In this document: piece after piece, positions 39,517-51,680 of the stretch | Layout: each line of letters starts with the position of its first letter | How positions within the stretch are numbered: position 1 is the stretch's first letter | Assembly (NCBI RefSeq): GCF_964204865.1 | Contig: NC_135257.1 | Span: forward strand, 9,982,001 to 10,046,000 | Direction: 5' to 3' | DNA: 64,000 nucleotides | Source of the DNA: Styela clava | Taxonomy: Eukaryota | The notes under the pieces: generated by a model | The model's input: the letters and a program-made list of their open reading frames with translations, nothing else | The model's database searches: none | What the model was told of the DNA's origin: nothing | Made by a program: the position numbers and the translations under genes

Positions 39517-42500
39517 ATTGGGACCAAACTGAATTGGAAATATGAAACCAGTATATAAAGCTAAAAAACTGTAAACGAACAGTATGTACGAAAAAATTAT
39601 TTAAAATAACACTCTATTTTGTGAGGAGCAACATTTCAAATTGTAATTATAGTCCATTTAGTGATCCACTATTTCATTTGCAGAGTTGTGCTATAGGCGA
39701 TACGAGTATGTCAAAGTGGGAAGCGCCTGAGATTCAATTATACCGATGTCGCAGGTTAAAAGTGAAGACTTATTCCTCATATAAAGAATTCACTGTAAAA
39801 TTTTCACCATGACTCATATCTTTTGCGGTAAAATGTTCATCCCTTGAATGAATCTTGATCGATATTCATCTGCGTTGGTTTGGTTTACTTGGTCATATCC
39901 TGCGTATATATGAGCTAAGACCTAAGTGACGGTAAACTACAACTCGGCATATGTGCAGTGCAACCGAGATTTTGTCTAGATACCAGCCCTCTTTAAACTG
40001 TTCATTTGTATTCAATAATATGTACAATATCAAAACAATTATTTGAGAAACAGTGTATGCAGTGTCTTTGTCAGATCAATATCAAGACAGCATATAAGAA
40101 CAGTTTAGCAATCGATTCAAGAAGCAATTCGATTCCATACTGCTTCATTCCAGACTACTCACTGCCTTACTTGTTTAACAACCGTACATGAATTTACATC
40201 GTTATTGTCAATGTTCGAACCTCACCATGAAATATTTTTCCCATAGCTCTATTATCTCGATTGTTTACACAAAGTACACCTCAATTCGCCTTTTATCAGC
40301 AAGCATATCAATTTTATACATTACAATAGAACCTTAAAAAAACTAAGCTAGACTATATATTGTATTCTTCGGTAGGAGAATCTTTTAATCGAAAAAAGCT
40401 AAAAAACTAGCTTGAGTAGGTTCATCATATAGTGAATACCTACATTTATAATAGATAAATAAAATCGCGGATAAACACGCAGACTTTTATAAGCTGTAAA
40501 GTATGTTTTCGGCGCAGAGCTAGACACAACAGCAATTATCGAAAAAAAATATCTGTTCAGTTTCCGACTTGGCTCTTCGTGTATTTTAAAATAAATTAGC
40601 AGTTGCTGTACGATATTTTTCAGTATGCCTACTGACATTTCAACAACGCAGTTTTGAAGGCAGGATTAAACCTGAGCTCTGGAATGCCATCGTTGCAAAA
40701 ACGTTGTTTTTCGAAACTTATTTCGTGAACGAAGTGCGTTTCACTGTTGGGTCTAACTGACTCATATAAATTCAAGTGAAAAATAATCAAATGAAATATT
40801 TTCAGGTGGTTTGTAAATTCTCTATCAGCCTATTTCAGAACCGATTAAAACACCTATTCGAAAATACACGCCCCAATCATGTTATTGCGACTCAAATAGA
40901 AATATGACTATTTCTACTAAAGCTCTCGGGGAATTTTATTAGTCAAAAATTCATTTAGTTCCATTTCGACAGGTACTAATTACCAGACCAACATCACATT
41001 TCTGTGTCTTCAAATGATGTATATATATTACAGTTTTGGAACGTACATAAAAACTAAAGCCCGTTTCCAATCGGACGTAGCACGGGATTAACGCATATAT
41101 TTCAATAAGGCTTTGGGTGAATTGAACTGTACAACTCATTCATACACATAGTTAATTGATCGCACATGTTTCAATCGGAAATGAATCGAAAGTTCCGAAC
41201 GTGAGTGCAACGAGTAGTATATAATGTATTTCGTCATCGTATGATATAATGGACATAACAAGAGTAATTTGAATAGGTATATTTTATTATTTTTATTTTA
41301 GCCTGCCAAAACAAATATTCTTCAAAGTAGTATGTTTTAAAACCATTCAGCATGAAAATGTTCTTTTTACTGTGGCCGGCGAATTTTTTTAGTGTAAGGT
41401 TTTGGGTGTAAGCATGATTGCTCAGGTTAACCGGATGAACTAATTAATAACATTCTCACATCAGTACAAACACAAAATACTTGAAAACAACGAAAACAAA
41501 AAAATGGCACACAAAAAACAGCATCGCTCGACTTAGCTAACTCGTCTACTTTATGAATGGCACAATTAATCTAGCTTGCCTTTCATAACTTAAATAAAAA
41601 CTACACTTTTCCATCCTTTTTCCTGCTATGCACTCCGGGGCAATGAAAGCGAACTCAAATTTGCACAACAAAAGTTGTGCTGAATCGTTCAAAGCTGAAG
41701 TGTTCAAATGATCAGATCCGTTACATCAGACTAGTCGGTGCTCTGTTGCCATCTAGCATATATGTCCTGTAATTTCCTTTTTCCAACTTAATCCATGATT
41801 CTATATATTTCATAAAAATGAGCGTGAGTCTGTATACAATTCATTTGTAATCTCATTTCCGTTCTCCAAGTTCCGATTAGATACAGTCTCAAATATTTTG
41901 GATATGTATGGGATTCTGGTTGAAAATCATCACTTTTAATCAACTCGAAAACGTAGGGCAAACATTGATTGGGCGCAGCGTATAACTTTCTTTGCGTTAT
42001 CTACTTCCTCTTGAGTCATAGGGGCAACTTTTAATTAGCCATCTGACACAGACACGCTGCACTATCTTTCGTCACAAAACATTCATTTGATAAAAACTTA
42101 TTTTCGTATGCAATCAAGACAACCTGTCAACTGAAGCTTACGTGCGGGATTGCTTCCGACGCAGAGCTAGACAAAACAGGAAATCAATCTGTGTCTCAAT
42201 CTGTCTCTGAGGTGCAGTTTTGAAAGATTAAGGAATTAAAAACGCTCATAATCGTTATCGTGAGTTATTACAATTATTTTAAATAAGAACATGTTATCTA
42301 TGGGTGAGTATATTTGGAAATCTCGTAATTCTCTACTTTGTAATTTTGTTTTTGATAAATGAAAATAAAAGACATCCCCTCCAAAATAAGCCCTACTGAT
42401 AATTTTAGAGAGAAAACTGAAATAGGATCTTGTCTCATCTTCGTGAAAACACGGTAAGCATTTTGATCTGCTACTGCTAAACTTCGGTGGCTATTTTCCG

Positions 42501-42529
42501 GATATTGAATATCAGAATCTTGGTTCTCT

Positions 42530-42800
42530 AATATGGGCCATTCAGCCATTTACAAGTGGAGGGGTTGCTCTTGGCCAGATAACTGGTGAATTACGATCAG
42601 ATCTTGTACAAAAAGCAGAGTTCAACACGTATAAACCCTACAACTAATTTTTGGCAGCACCATTAGGATTTCCCGAGTTTCACAATCTTTCACAAAAAGC
42701 TGTCACCATTCTCGTCCGAATGCCTACAGCCCTACGACATACCTTTCCGAACAAGGGTTGTCTGCACTCATTGAAATTAAATCCAACAAAGAACAAATGG
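42530..42800 (+). mobile_element. Degraded hAT (Charlie/ZBED5-like) transposase, C-terminal dimerisation region
   Basis: Frame-broken translation WAIQPF...ELRSDLVQKAEF...FW...PEFHNLSQKAVTILVRMPT...TTYLSEQGLSALIEIK resembles the hAT consensus PTTYLCExGFSxL. Confidence 0.7.
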
Positions 42801-43860
42801 CCGGTGGAATCCAACAGCAAGGGCCACATTAACTAAAAAATAAACTATTGCGTCAACAAGAACTATATACCATATTTTCTTCGTATTAAGAATGTAAGAC
42901 GGGCGGGTTGTACCAGATTTTAAGAAATGGTTGAAAGGGTGGACTTTTACAAAACAGGTTGACGAGCCTGACTTACAGTCAAAAATAAGCACGGGTGTTA
43001 AAAGGTTGATAGGATGTGATCCCTACACGATTTTCTTATTTTACTTCCATGCTCTGTTCTACTTTCGAATGGATACTGTAATATCCTAACATCGAACTAA
43101 AAATAAAAAACACTCTGTTGGAATATATTGAATAGGATTTCAAATTTATGTATATTTAAAAGCAATCTTACTATTTCCGAAGTATCGGACGCTTTCTTAC
43201 AATTTACCACGTTTTATCAAGCCCGCTTATGTTTCGCCAAAAAAAAACGTTATAATTCTGATCTTAAGAGATTTTTACACTCGCATTGCCGAACTCGTTC
43301 AAATATATTTTCGATCCAATGTTCATCGTACGCATCTGCACTTGCAGTCGATACACATGCAAGTTTGATAACCACTGCTCTAGGCTACATTAGACCCACT
43401 CAGGAAAGTAATTACCCACCCCCGTCATAGATGGGTTTTATTTAATTGGTCCATTGCGCTGATACAAAAGAAAATACGCGTCCCAGGAACCACGAACTAG
43501 GAGAAAATACCCGTTCCGGGAAGACCTCGTAGGCGAGACCGAACCATGAGGCCACATTGGAAAGTGGTTAATCAACACAATAATAACGCTGCGAAGCGTG
43601 AATACGCGTTGCGTATAATAATTATTGAGGTGTATTACCTCGATGATGATATTAAACGCCGTCCTTCGCTTCTACAGAAGCTTTGTACGCTAAACATGAA
43701 CGAGTCATCCATGGTTCAAAGACAAAATAAGCACGCAACTCAGAAACAAGCACTTTTCTTAGAAATGAGCACATCGTTATACTTTATAGGACGCGGGCTA
43801 GAAAATAAGCACAAATCTTAGAAATAAGCACGATATGGTAACCCTGCCTATATTAAATAC

Positions 43861-44166
43861 CACAGGTTTTCAAATGCCCCATAAGGAGCACAAGAGCTGC
43901 GTGAGATAAACCTAGTGGCTCCGCGAGCTTTACTTATTAAAATAAAATACTAACTTGGCTAATTTTGTAACTGTTCAAAGGAGCAGAAACGTATTAAAAA
44001 AAATTGACAACGGTGGCACGGTCTGAATGAGGCCACAAGGCGGTAATTCGAATATGACATTAATTAAAAGTTCCAACAGATATTTATTTTTAATTTATTG
44101 TGGGAATCAGTAAATAATAGCCAACCTGCTAACGGGCTCCGTAACACCAGAAGTTTGCGACCCCTG
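43861..44166. mobile_element. Old hAT-Charlie-like MITE
   Basis: Ends CACAGGTTTTCAAA ... GTTTGCGACCCCTG with internal GGCTCC motifs. TSD degenerate. Confidence 0.5.
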
Positions 44167-44399
44167 GTTTATACGATATATAAATCCCTGCCATAATATT
44201 ACGCTGTAAGTGTGCTATGCTATAAAATTCATATCAACCTTAGTTTTTTTGAAAGTTGTGTTCGATAAGACTCTAAAATAGAACACTTTCCTTATCTCTA
44301 TATAATTCTCAGGTAGAATTTCTGTGGCTTCAAATAATCTGTGATATATATATATTTTTAAACGAGTGTCGCATTACACAGGAATGTAATTTGTATTCC

Positions 44400-45000
44400 T
44401 TGTTTTGTTAACATCGAGATTATTGTAGCTATTTACGCAATTATTATGTTTTTGAATGCTGAATAATTAAGAAGAGATGAAAGGGCATTGAGACAATCCG
44501 TTATTATCAATACACGTTCCGGTCTTGTTGTTGCGATCCATCTGAGACAACCTCGTATTGCGTCTAGCTCCGATGAATGTGAAGAGACAAAACGATGTAA
44601 TTTCCGTTTTTTCTCTACTTTCGCTTGAGGCACATATTATGCAGCGCCTTATACGCCAAATGGATTTTTCGAACAGTCGATAAATACTTGTACATAGTCT
44701 CGATTGTTTTCGAGCATATGGTCAAGAAATGACGTTTGAAGTATTGTTGGTGAACATGTTGTGCCATAAATCGTTAACGATGTATCAATTTGCGGTGGCT
44801 TCATTATCCAGGGAGGAATCTCGAAATTGACATCTTTTGCAATAGAGAAGTCGGTAAAAAAGCTGTTGGTTGTTTTCATATTAAACGTTGCAAATGATGG
44901 TTGTCAGGAAAATATTCTCCCCACGACTGTTTGAATAATTGTGCTGTAATTTCGCTGTCATGAGGAATCATTCTGCATTTGTAATGTAGACATACAATTC
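44400..45000 (-). mobile_element. LINE remnant with an RNase H domain (I/Nimb-like)
   Basis: PPW..PPQIDTSL...VFIDCSK (TDGSK-like), SSELDAIRGCLRWI and VLIITDCLNAL (SDS-like), split over two frames. Confidence 0.75.
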
Positions 45001-45399
45001 AAAGCAGCCATATCTGTCCACGAGTTAGTACAAACATTGTCAATTACATTAAATATTTTGATATGATATGTTTCATGAATTCAATTTTAATTTTCCGTAT
45101 GAATATGTTTCGAACATGTCAGGTAGGCCTACATCATTCCAAATTTTGAGCCTGCAATTTTTATAGAAATTTTGGTAAATTTAAGATTTGTTCGGGAAAT
45201 AAAGAATGCTTCTTCAGATACTGAGCGAATGTTATATGCATGGTCATCACCACAATTAGTGAATTATGTATTGGAAGCATCCAGCAACATGTTATGCCTG
45301 CATTGATATATATATCAATTTAGATTTAGAAACTTCATAAATATAAATGTCATTCGATTTTATAAAAATTCATACGCTTGTAAATTGGACTCATTGTTT

Positions 45400-46370
45400 G
45401 ACACAGAATATTATTGGTCATAACTCCAAGATCTCGGTTTCCAATATCGGAACCGATATTGATTGAAGTCTACTTTTGTCTGTTGAGCCCCAAGCTACAA
45501 TTCCATACTGCACATCGGCATAAAATGAAGAAAAATTAATAGTTCTCATGCAGAGGCGTAGCTTAGGGGGTCAATGGGGTACATATGTCCCCGGGCGCCA
45601 AGGTACAGGGGCGCCAAAATGAAGCTTGCAAAAATTTCACAACAAGGGTTAAAAAATAACAGTCACAAGCAAGATCGCACTGGCGGCAGACATCTAGCCT
45701 TAGTATAGTAAAAGCATTAATCATGCTAACTGAGCTAAGTGACTCGCGGGCCGCACTCACATTAAACTTTAATACCAAGGCGGGGGCTACAAACTATCAT
45801 CCCGCGAGCCGCAATCGGCCCGCGGGCCGCGAGTTTGAGACCCCCGATGTAAATCATCTTTGACAGTAACTGAGTGGGACATTATGGACATATGCTATAT
45901 TTTGTATAGCTTTGCGTCTTCTTTAAATAAAATGTTCCATTAAAATTTGAATACACATATACATATATTTTTGAATAAATAATAAAATATATAAATACAT
46001 ATAAATTTGAATTTACATATATAATTTGTTTTTACATATACAATTAAATGTAATAGAAAATATGATTGAACCTGGAGGTCGGGGCGCCAATTTTATAATT
46101 TGTCCCGGGCGCAAAATATGCTGGCTACGCCTCTCTCATGATGTTTTTAGGAATAAATCTTTTTAGCCTTATCATAGTTAGTTTATTAGATTTCATCCAA
46201 ACAAAAAGGTTTCAGGTTTTGCTCAACTTGGCTGGATGAGTCAGTTATATTTGAAGATATTGCGACAGTGCTCGTATCATCAGCGAAGAGTTTTTCAAAG
46301 CCGATGTGCAATTTACAACATCGTTGATGTCTACTAGAAACAAAGTTGGGCCAAGCACCAATTTTAACGA
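45400..46370 (-). mobile_element. CR1/L2-type LINE reverse transcriptase remnant, interrupted by a hAT MITE
   Basis: VLGPTLFLVDIND...LFADDT...WMKSNKL (46370-46170). KRFIPKNIM|RTIN...QYGIVAWGST reads on across the insertion. Confidence 0.75.
45551..46134. mobile_element. hAT-like MITE containing the 3' end of a Charlie-like MITE (~45740-45847)
   Basis: TIR CAGAGGCGTAGC / GCTACGCCTCT with CTCATG on both flanks, and internal GGGGCGCC motifs. Nested GGCCCGCGGGCCGCGAGTTTGAGACCCCCG. Confidence 0.75.
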
Positions 46371-47380
46371 ATTCAACCCGATATTCGACAATTTGTTAAA
46401 ATTATTTGATTCGATGAAAATATCGTCAGGCTAATGACCGAATTGCGTAAGTCATTTTTGGCCGTTTTGAGTTTTTCATAAAATGGGTATTTATGTAATG
46501 CTGCGCACCTGTCGGTTAACTCAGATTTTATTTTAAGAATTCAGAAACCCATAAAAATGGACATTTTGTATGACATGCACATTTGTGCAATTGTTAAGTC
46601 GTAATGAATTATCGTTGTTACCACCGGACTATTGTGACGTAACAAAGGCAAAATAACCTCGTCGAAAGATTTTCGAGTTTTTGAATCTCAGATTCTAGCT
46701 TAGCGCTTATAAATTTGAATTTATACTACAGTATAGGAAGGCGTGCAATTGTGATATTCACTGTCTGAGTTCAATTCACCTTGGTTGGCTTTTATATTTG
46801 GGTGCATTGCTGTTTTATTCTTTATATTTAATCTTAGTCTTATTTCGGTGGGTTTGCAGAACGTGTTATGTTGATGAAATACATATTTTTGAACATAAAA
46901 AATAATGTAATTGAAACAGATTAGCTATTTTGGGGATTAGACATCGTAGATAGTGGAAATTACATTTGTTTTTGGATTGTTTGGTTTTCAGGACTGGTGT
47001 ATACAGTCAAGTTGCAAAATTGCGTATGTCCCCAAGCCAAACTGTTTTTTACGGCCCGCCCTATAAAGTTTGTAAGAAGACTATTTAAATTTTTACTATG
47101 CTATATATCAATATATAGGCTTAAGTATGTTTGGTGATTTTGGTGTGATTATTCCTGCCATCTATCCACATTCAATTGCCGGTTCTTATTATTACGTATG
47201 TGTCAAGTCTTGCATCCTGGTGGAGATCGACGTCAGTTTTTTTATTATTATTTTTGGAATTCATTTTTGGATATTGTGCGATCATTGGGGACAAACGCTG
47301 AGCAAAATTATAGGAATGAATTCGGAGCCTGAATTTGCAAATTAAACGGCCCACTTAAACTTGATATTCCCGCGACATTG

Positions 47381-47599
47381 GCGCGATGTATGTGTTGTCG
47401 TGTGGTCGTCAAAAAAAAAACGCAATTGTGTTGTGTTATACAACTTGTGTAATGATTGATTCTTTGATTCGGTGACCCGTGAGTGTCATGCGCGATGTAT
47501 GTGTTCTCGTGTGGTCGTCAAAAAAAAAACGCAATTGTGTTGTGTTATACAACTTGTGTAATGATTGATTCTTTGATTCGGTGACCCGTGTGTGTCATG
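47381..47599 (+). repeat. Head-to-tail 109-bp duplication
   Basis: GCGCGATGTATGTGTT...GTGTCATG starts at 47381 and again at 47490, with only a few differences. Confidence 0.9.
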
Positions 47600-47809
47600 C
47601 CCACGCCCCGTGGTACCAGATATTAGAATAGTAAACTGCTATTCTAATATTCGACTTGATATTCAAATAATTTGCCAACCCTACCCAGTAACCAGAAAGC
47701 AATTATTACCTTGATTGATTTCATGTTAATGAACTTGCCTTTTATGTATCATGTAAATTACCTACACCGAAATTAGGAATTAGCTGCTATTAATGTTTGG
47801 TATAAACGT

Positions 47810-47875
47810 TTGCGGCCCGCAACGAATTTCGTCATGTGAAAGTGGCCCGCGAGACCAAAAAGGTTGGGCATGTCT
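47810..47875. mobile_element. 3' end of a Charlie-like MITE
   Basis: TGCGGCCCGC...GTGGCCCGCGAGACCAAAAAGGTTGGGCATGTCT. Confidence 0.5.
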
Positions 47876-48019
47876 TAGTCCGGCAGAATCGGGCCCTAAC
47901 ATTGTTTTGGGACATAAAGTTTTTTTTATTGTTTAGATATAATGTATATGACATATATAATGATACCCAGGTGGGTGTGGAGTATATAATGTTGAGCAAT
48001 TTTTTTTTAAGTGGATTTA

Positions 48020-48119
48020 AAGTATTCGGTCCAAGATGACGCACATCCTGAATCCTAACCTGGTAAACATACAATGTTCAGGTTGTCCGCCATCTTGGTA
48101 CGAATACTTCAGGAGCGCC
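48020..48119. mobile_element. Palindromic MITE, same family as 6660-6769, opposite orientation
   Basis: AAGTATTCGGTCCAAGATGACG...CGCCATCTTGGTACGAATACTTCAGGAGCGCC. Confidence 0.7.
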
Positions 48120-50352
48120 TTTCTGTTAAAAACAATTGTTTCATAACTACTTGGTTTAGTTTTGCATACATAGTAACATTGAATCTCTTCACAATGTCAG
48201 AAATTCAATTTTAGTAGAATAAATGGTAGTTTATTTCACTAATACAAGCCAAGATCCACCGATAGCATCTAGCCACTTTCTATTGCGCTCTTCAAACAAC
48301 ATTTGCGTTGCCGCGCGCATTTCGTTTTCCTAGTTTAAGCTTAGGGACTTGGGAAATATTTTATTAGTTGAATTGGATTGGAATATTTGACCTCGTCTTT
48401 CACTCCGAACAAGGCTATGTAAAACCATCCACTGGTATCTAAAGATGTGTAACGTTTTTTCTTTTGGAAGAACCGCAACCTTTCAGTGCTGCATTGACTT
48501 TAAAATTAACAATCAAAATTACTACATCCTTGTGGAGATAGAAGGTATGCGTATGCGAAACCGAGATGTGCACCTGTTATGCCAACATAGTTGAGTCAAA
48601 CGTTTTGAATACTAGTACATCACACACATTTTCCTGCGTGCTTCGGTTGTACGTAGTAACGCGCACATGCATCAAATTCCACTTGATTATTGAGCTATGG
48701 GTTTTTGACGAGCTTTTGTGTATGATTTCATTCCATAGAATTTGTATGCTGTTCACAAGAATACTAGTTTCAGTTTTTTCATTCATTCAAACCGCGTGTT
48801 GAAAGTAAGTTTTGTAATATTGCGTGTTGGTTTCCAACATCTTTAAATCGGTGATGCCAGTAATCTTTAATACAAAAAGATCAGTAACATCTGCAATAAA
48901 AACAGCAGTACTCACTCAAATGACAGCTAGGGGATGGATACTCTCAGTATCTGCTCCATCGCGTGCCTCTTACAGTCTTACCAGTTTACATGAGTGCCAA
49001 TTGGTATCTAAGCCAGAGACAAACAGTTTTGGAATGCAGTTGGCGTGACGAAATGTTTTTAAATATATATTCTACAATAAGATTATTTGATTTCATACTA
49101 CTAAAATTCCGCCTTATATGCCTTTTCCCATTGCACTATTCCTTTACTGATATTCGATAATATGACGCTCATCTGACATAGTTCTTAAAGTGTGTAGATG
49201 GGTATAATCTTTTCCACGCTGTTCAGATGGGAATGCGCAAATATTTATAAGAATTGTTAATATTGGTTTGCAATTCGATGAAATCCCATCTTGGCATTTC
49301 TGCCTCTCGCAATTGCTGCGTATACTTATCGGGGAAGTTCTGTGGCGTGGTTGTCAATTGAAAAAAAACATGGGAGTTTTTTTTCTACTTGTCTACTACT
49401 ATCAAACCTTGACATTTTGTGAAAACATTTTTTCAAGCAAACTTTTTTTAAAACATCCCCAACAACCACAATTAATTCTGTTCTTAAACTTCCGAAACAA
49501 ACACATAAAATCATCAACAGATGCTGAATTGATCTTTATTTTACCATTTTTCATGTAATTCCCTGTTATCTATCGTAAATACAGCACATTTGACAATGTT
49601 GTAGTGTGACTTTTTTGGCCTCACATTTTTGATATTTGTAGTTGGGGGTCTGTCAAACGAACTTACATAAAAAATATTGATTGTAAAGTGCAAAACATAT
49701 TCATGTTGTTGGAATAACTTGGCATTTTACCACCCGTATATCATTCATTGTTGAGAATATTAATAAAATCATAAAGTTTAAAAATCCGTTTTCGTGAAAT
49801 TTTTGTTGTAGCTGAATTCCAGGGACAGCATGACAACAGGCAAGAGAAGCACGGTCGCCTCCTTTAGTTTATGACTCCTTGGAGGCCGCTGATCGGTTAT
49901 CTGGGAGCACGAACAAACAGATGGAAATGCGAATATATAATAACAATGTATTTTTATAGAAGAGAAGAAGCAAGAGTGTTGAGAGTCTTTGGTCTTTGAA
50001 AAGCATTGGCATGAAACATAAGAATGAACTACATTCTTTCCCAGGGATATACTATGAAATGTAGCAATTTTCTCATTCTTATTCTCGTGATATCATTATC
50101 TTTCACTGCGTCGTCGTGATCATCCCGCTGCATAACATTTCTCGCTAACAAATAATTGACTGTACTCCACCGAGTGTATATCCACTTGAACCACTTGCGA
50201 CTGCATTAGTAGGCTTGTATTGTTAATTGCAACAAAAACCGGTATTTTGAAATAGTACTCTTTATTTTACGCGTATGTTTCGACAGTATTTCCATAAATA
50301 TGTAAATCCTATCCTATCCTATATACTGTATATAGGTCGCGACCCAAAGCTG

Positions 50353-50690
50353 GTCTCAACAAATACCTAAAAGTTATTGATTTTATTTCCTAGTAAATTT
50401 GGTGCTTGCATAGTTTGTGCACCAAGATTGCGCACGACCTGAACATAGTATTGTAATTTGTGATAGGTTATGGTTCAGGTTGTGCGTCATTATGATGTAC
50501 ATGTTTGACGAAAAACACTAACACAAATATCTCAATAAATACCTAAAAGTTATTGATTTTATTTCCTAGTAAATTTGGTGCTTGCGTAGTTTGTGCACCA
50601 AGATTGCGCACAACCTGAACATAGTATCGTAACAGGTTCAGGTTGTGCGTCATCATGATGCACAGGTTTGACGAAAAACACTAATACAAA
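50353..50690 (+). repeat. ~176-bp tandem duplication containing the palindromic MITE
   Basis: AAATACCTAAAAGTTATTG at 50361 and 50537. Both copies end TTTGACGAAAAACACTAA. Confidence 0.85.
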
Positions 50691-50771
50691 AATCGAGCCG
50701 TAAAAAAAATTGCTGCAAACTCCACACCCATGTAGAAATGATGGGCAATGACCCCAAGATGAATAGGAGTG

Positions 50772-51425
50772 AAAAAGAAGAGGAGTGTCGGCTATGCGTC
50801 CGCAGAACGTATGGTGACGTCATAGCAAACAAAAACAAATCTCACAGAGCTAACAGAAATATTTGAAATAAATAAAAGTAATAGCCTTCTGGAGAAAAAT
50901 GTCATCTTTAACCAGTAAAAATCCCGAAGCAATCGGTCCAGTAATGAAAGAGAAAAGCGGTTTTTTAGATTTTCCACTAGATGTCCAAAAAGTGTCAAAG
51001 AACAACAACAACAACAAGAGAGCTACGCCCAAATATATGGACACGTCTGTTCGCAGTACAGTACGGTTTACCGTACCGTCGATCAGCGTAAGGAAAAAAT
51101 CGTAGAAAAGTACCGTAAGGACTTCGTTACGGACCATCGACGTTCAATGGCACGTGATCAAAAAGAAGAGGAGTGTCGGCTATGCGTCCGCAGAACGTTC
51201 GGTGACGTCATAGCAAACAAAAACAAATCTCACAGAAATATTTGAAATAAATAAAAGTAATAGTCTTCTGGAGAAAAATTTCATCTTTAACCAGTGAAAA
51301 TTTCGAAGCAATCGGTCCAGTAATGAAAGAGAAAAGCGGTTTTTTAGATTTTGCACTAGATGTCCAAAAAGTGTCAAAGAACAACAACAACAACAAGAGA
51401 GCAAAGCTCAAATATATGGACACGA
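50772..51425. repeat. Two ~270-bp direct repeats (period ~389) of an (AAC)n-containing, probably Helentron-type element; third partial copy at ~52450-52605
   Basis: AAAAAGAAGAGGAGTGTCGGCTATGCG...GAAGCAATCGGTCCAG...(AAC)n...CAAATATATGGACACG occurs twice. The family assignment is inference. Confidence 0.75.
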
Positions 51426-51554
51426 AAACTATTTGCAATAACTGCATCATGCTGTTAAACCGGCAAATATTTTTTGCATTGATGAAACCGCAACCACCAT
51501 ATTTCATAACATGTTGAACACTATTGGAAAGATTGTAATGCTTCCCCCATACAG

Positions 51555-51680
51555 CCATACCGGTACCAGACTTGGAATGGTACCTTACCGGTAACCAGAC
51601 AAGAGGCAGTGGTTCGCAATATGGTTAAGCCGTTCTATAGGCTTTCCTCTCCATCGGGATAATAATGTAAATCTTATCCT
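51555..51680 (+). mobile_element. SINE 3' part
   Basis: GTGGTTCGCAATATG...CTTTCCTCTCC...GATAA...AAATCTTATCCT is shared with 56120-56220 (+) and 53385-53435 (-). A CCTAT tail also occurs at ~50300-50321. Confidence 0.6.

Noticed and set aside
41620-42035. Possible minus-strand retroelement remnant (MTQEEVDNAKKVIRCAQ; LYTDS...SW)
   Set aside because: Weak resemblance to BEL/Pao or RNase H segments, with several frame breaks. Not supportable without a profile search.
40510-42245. Possible LTR pair (GCAGAGCTAGACA...GCAGTTTTGAA at ~40514 and ~42161)
   Set aside because: Similarity is patchy, with no TG...CA ends, TSD or PBS. More likely two fragments of one repeat family.
48400-49600. Cluster of short ORFs
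   Set aside because: No recognisable motifs or consistent exon chain on either strand.
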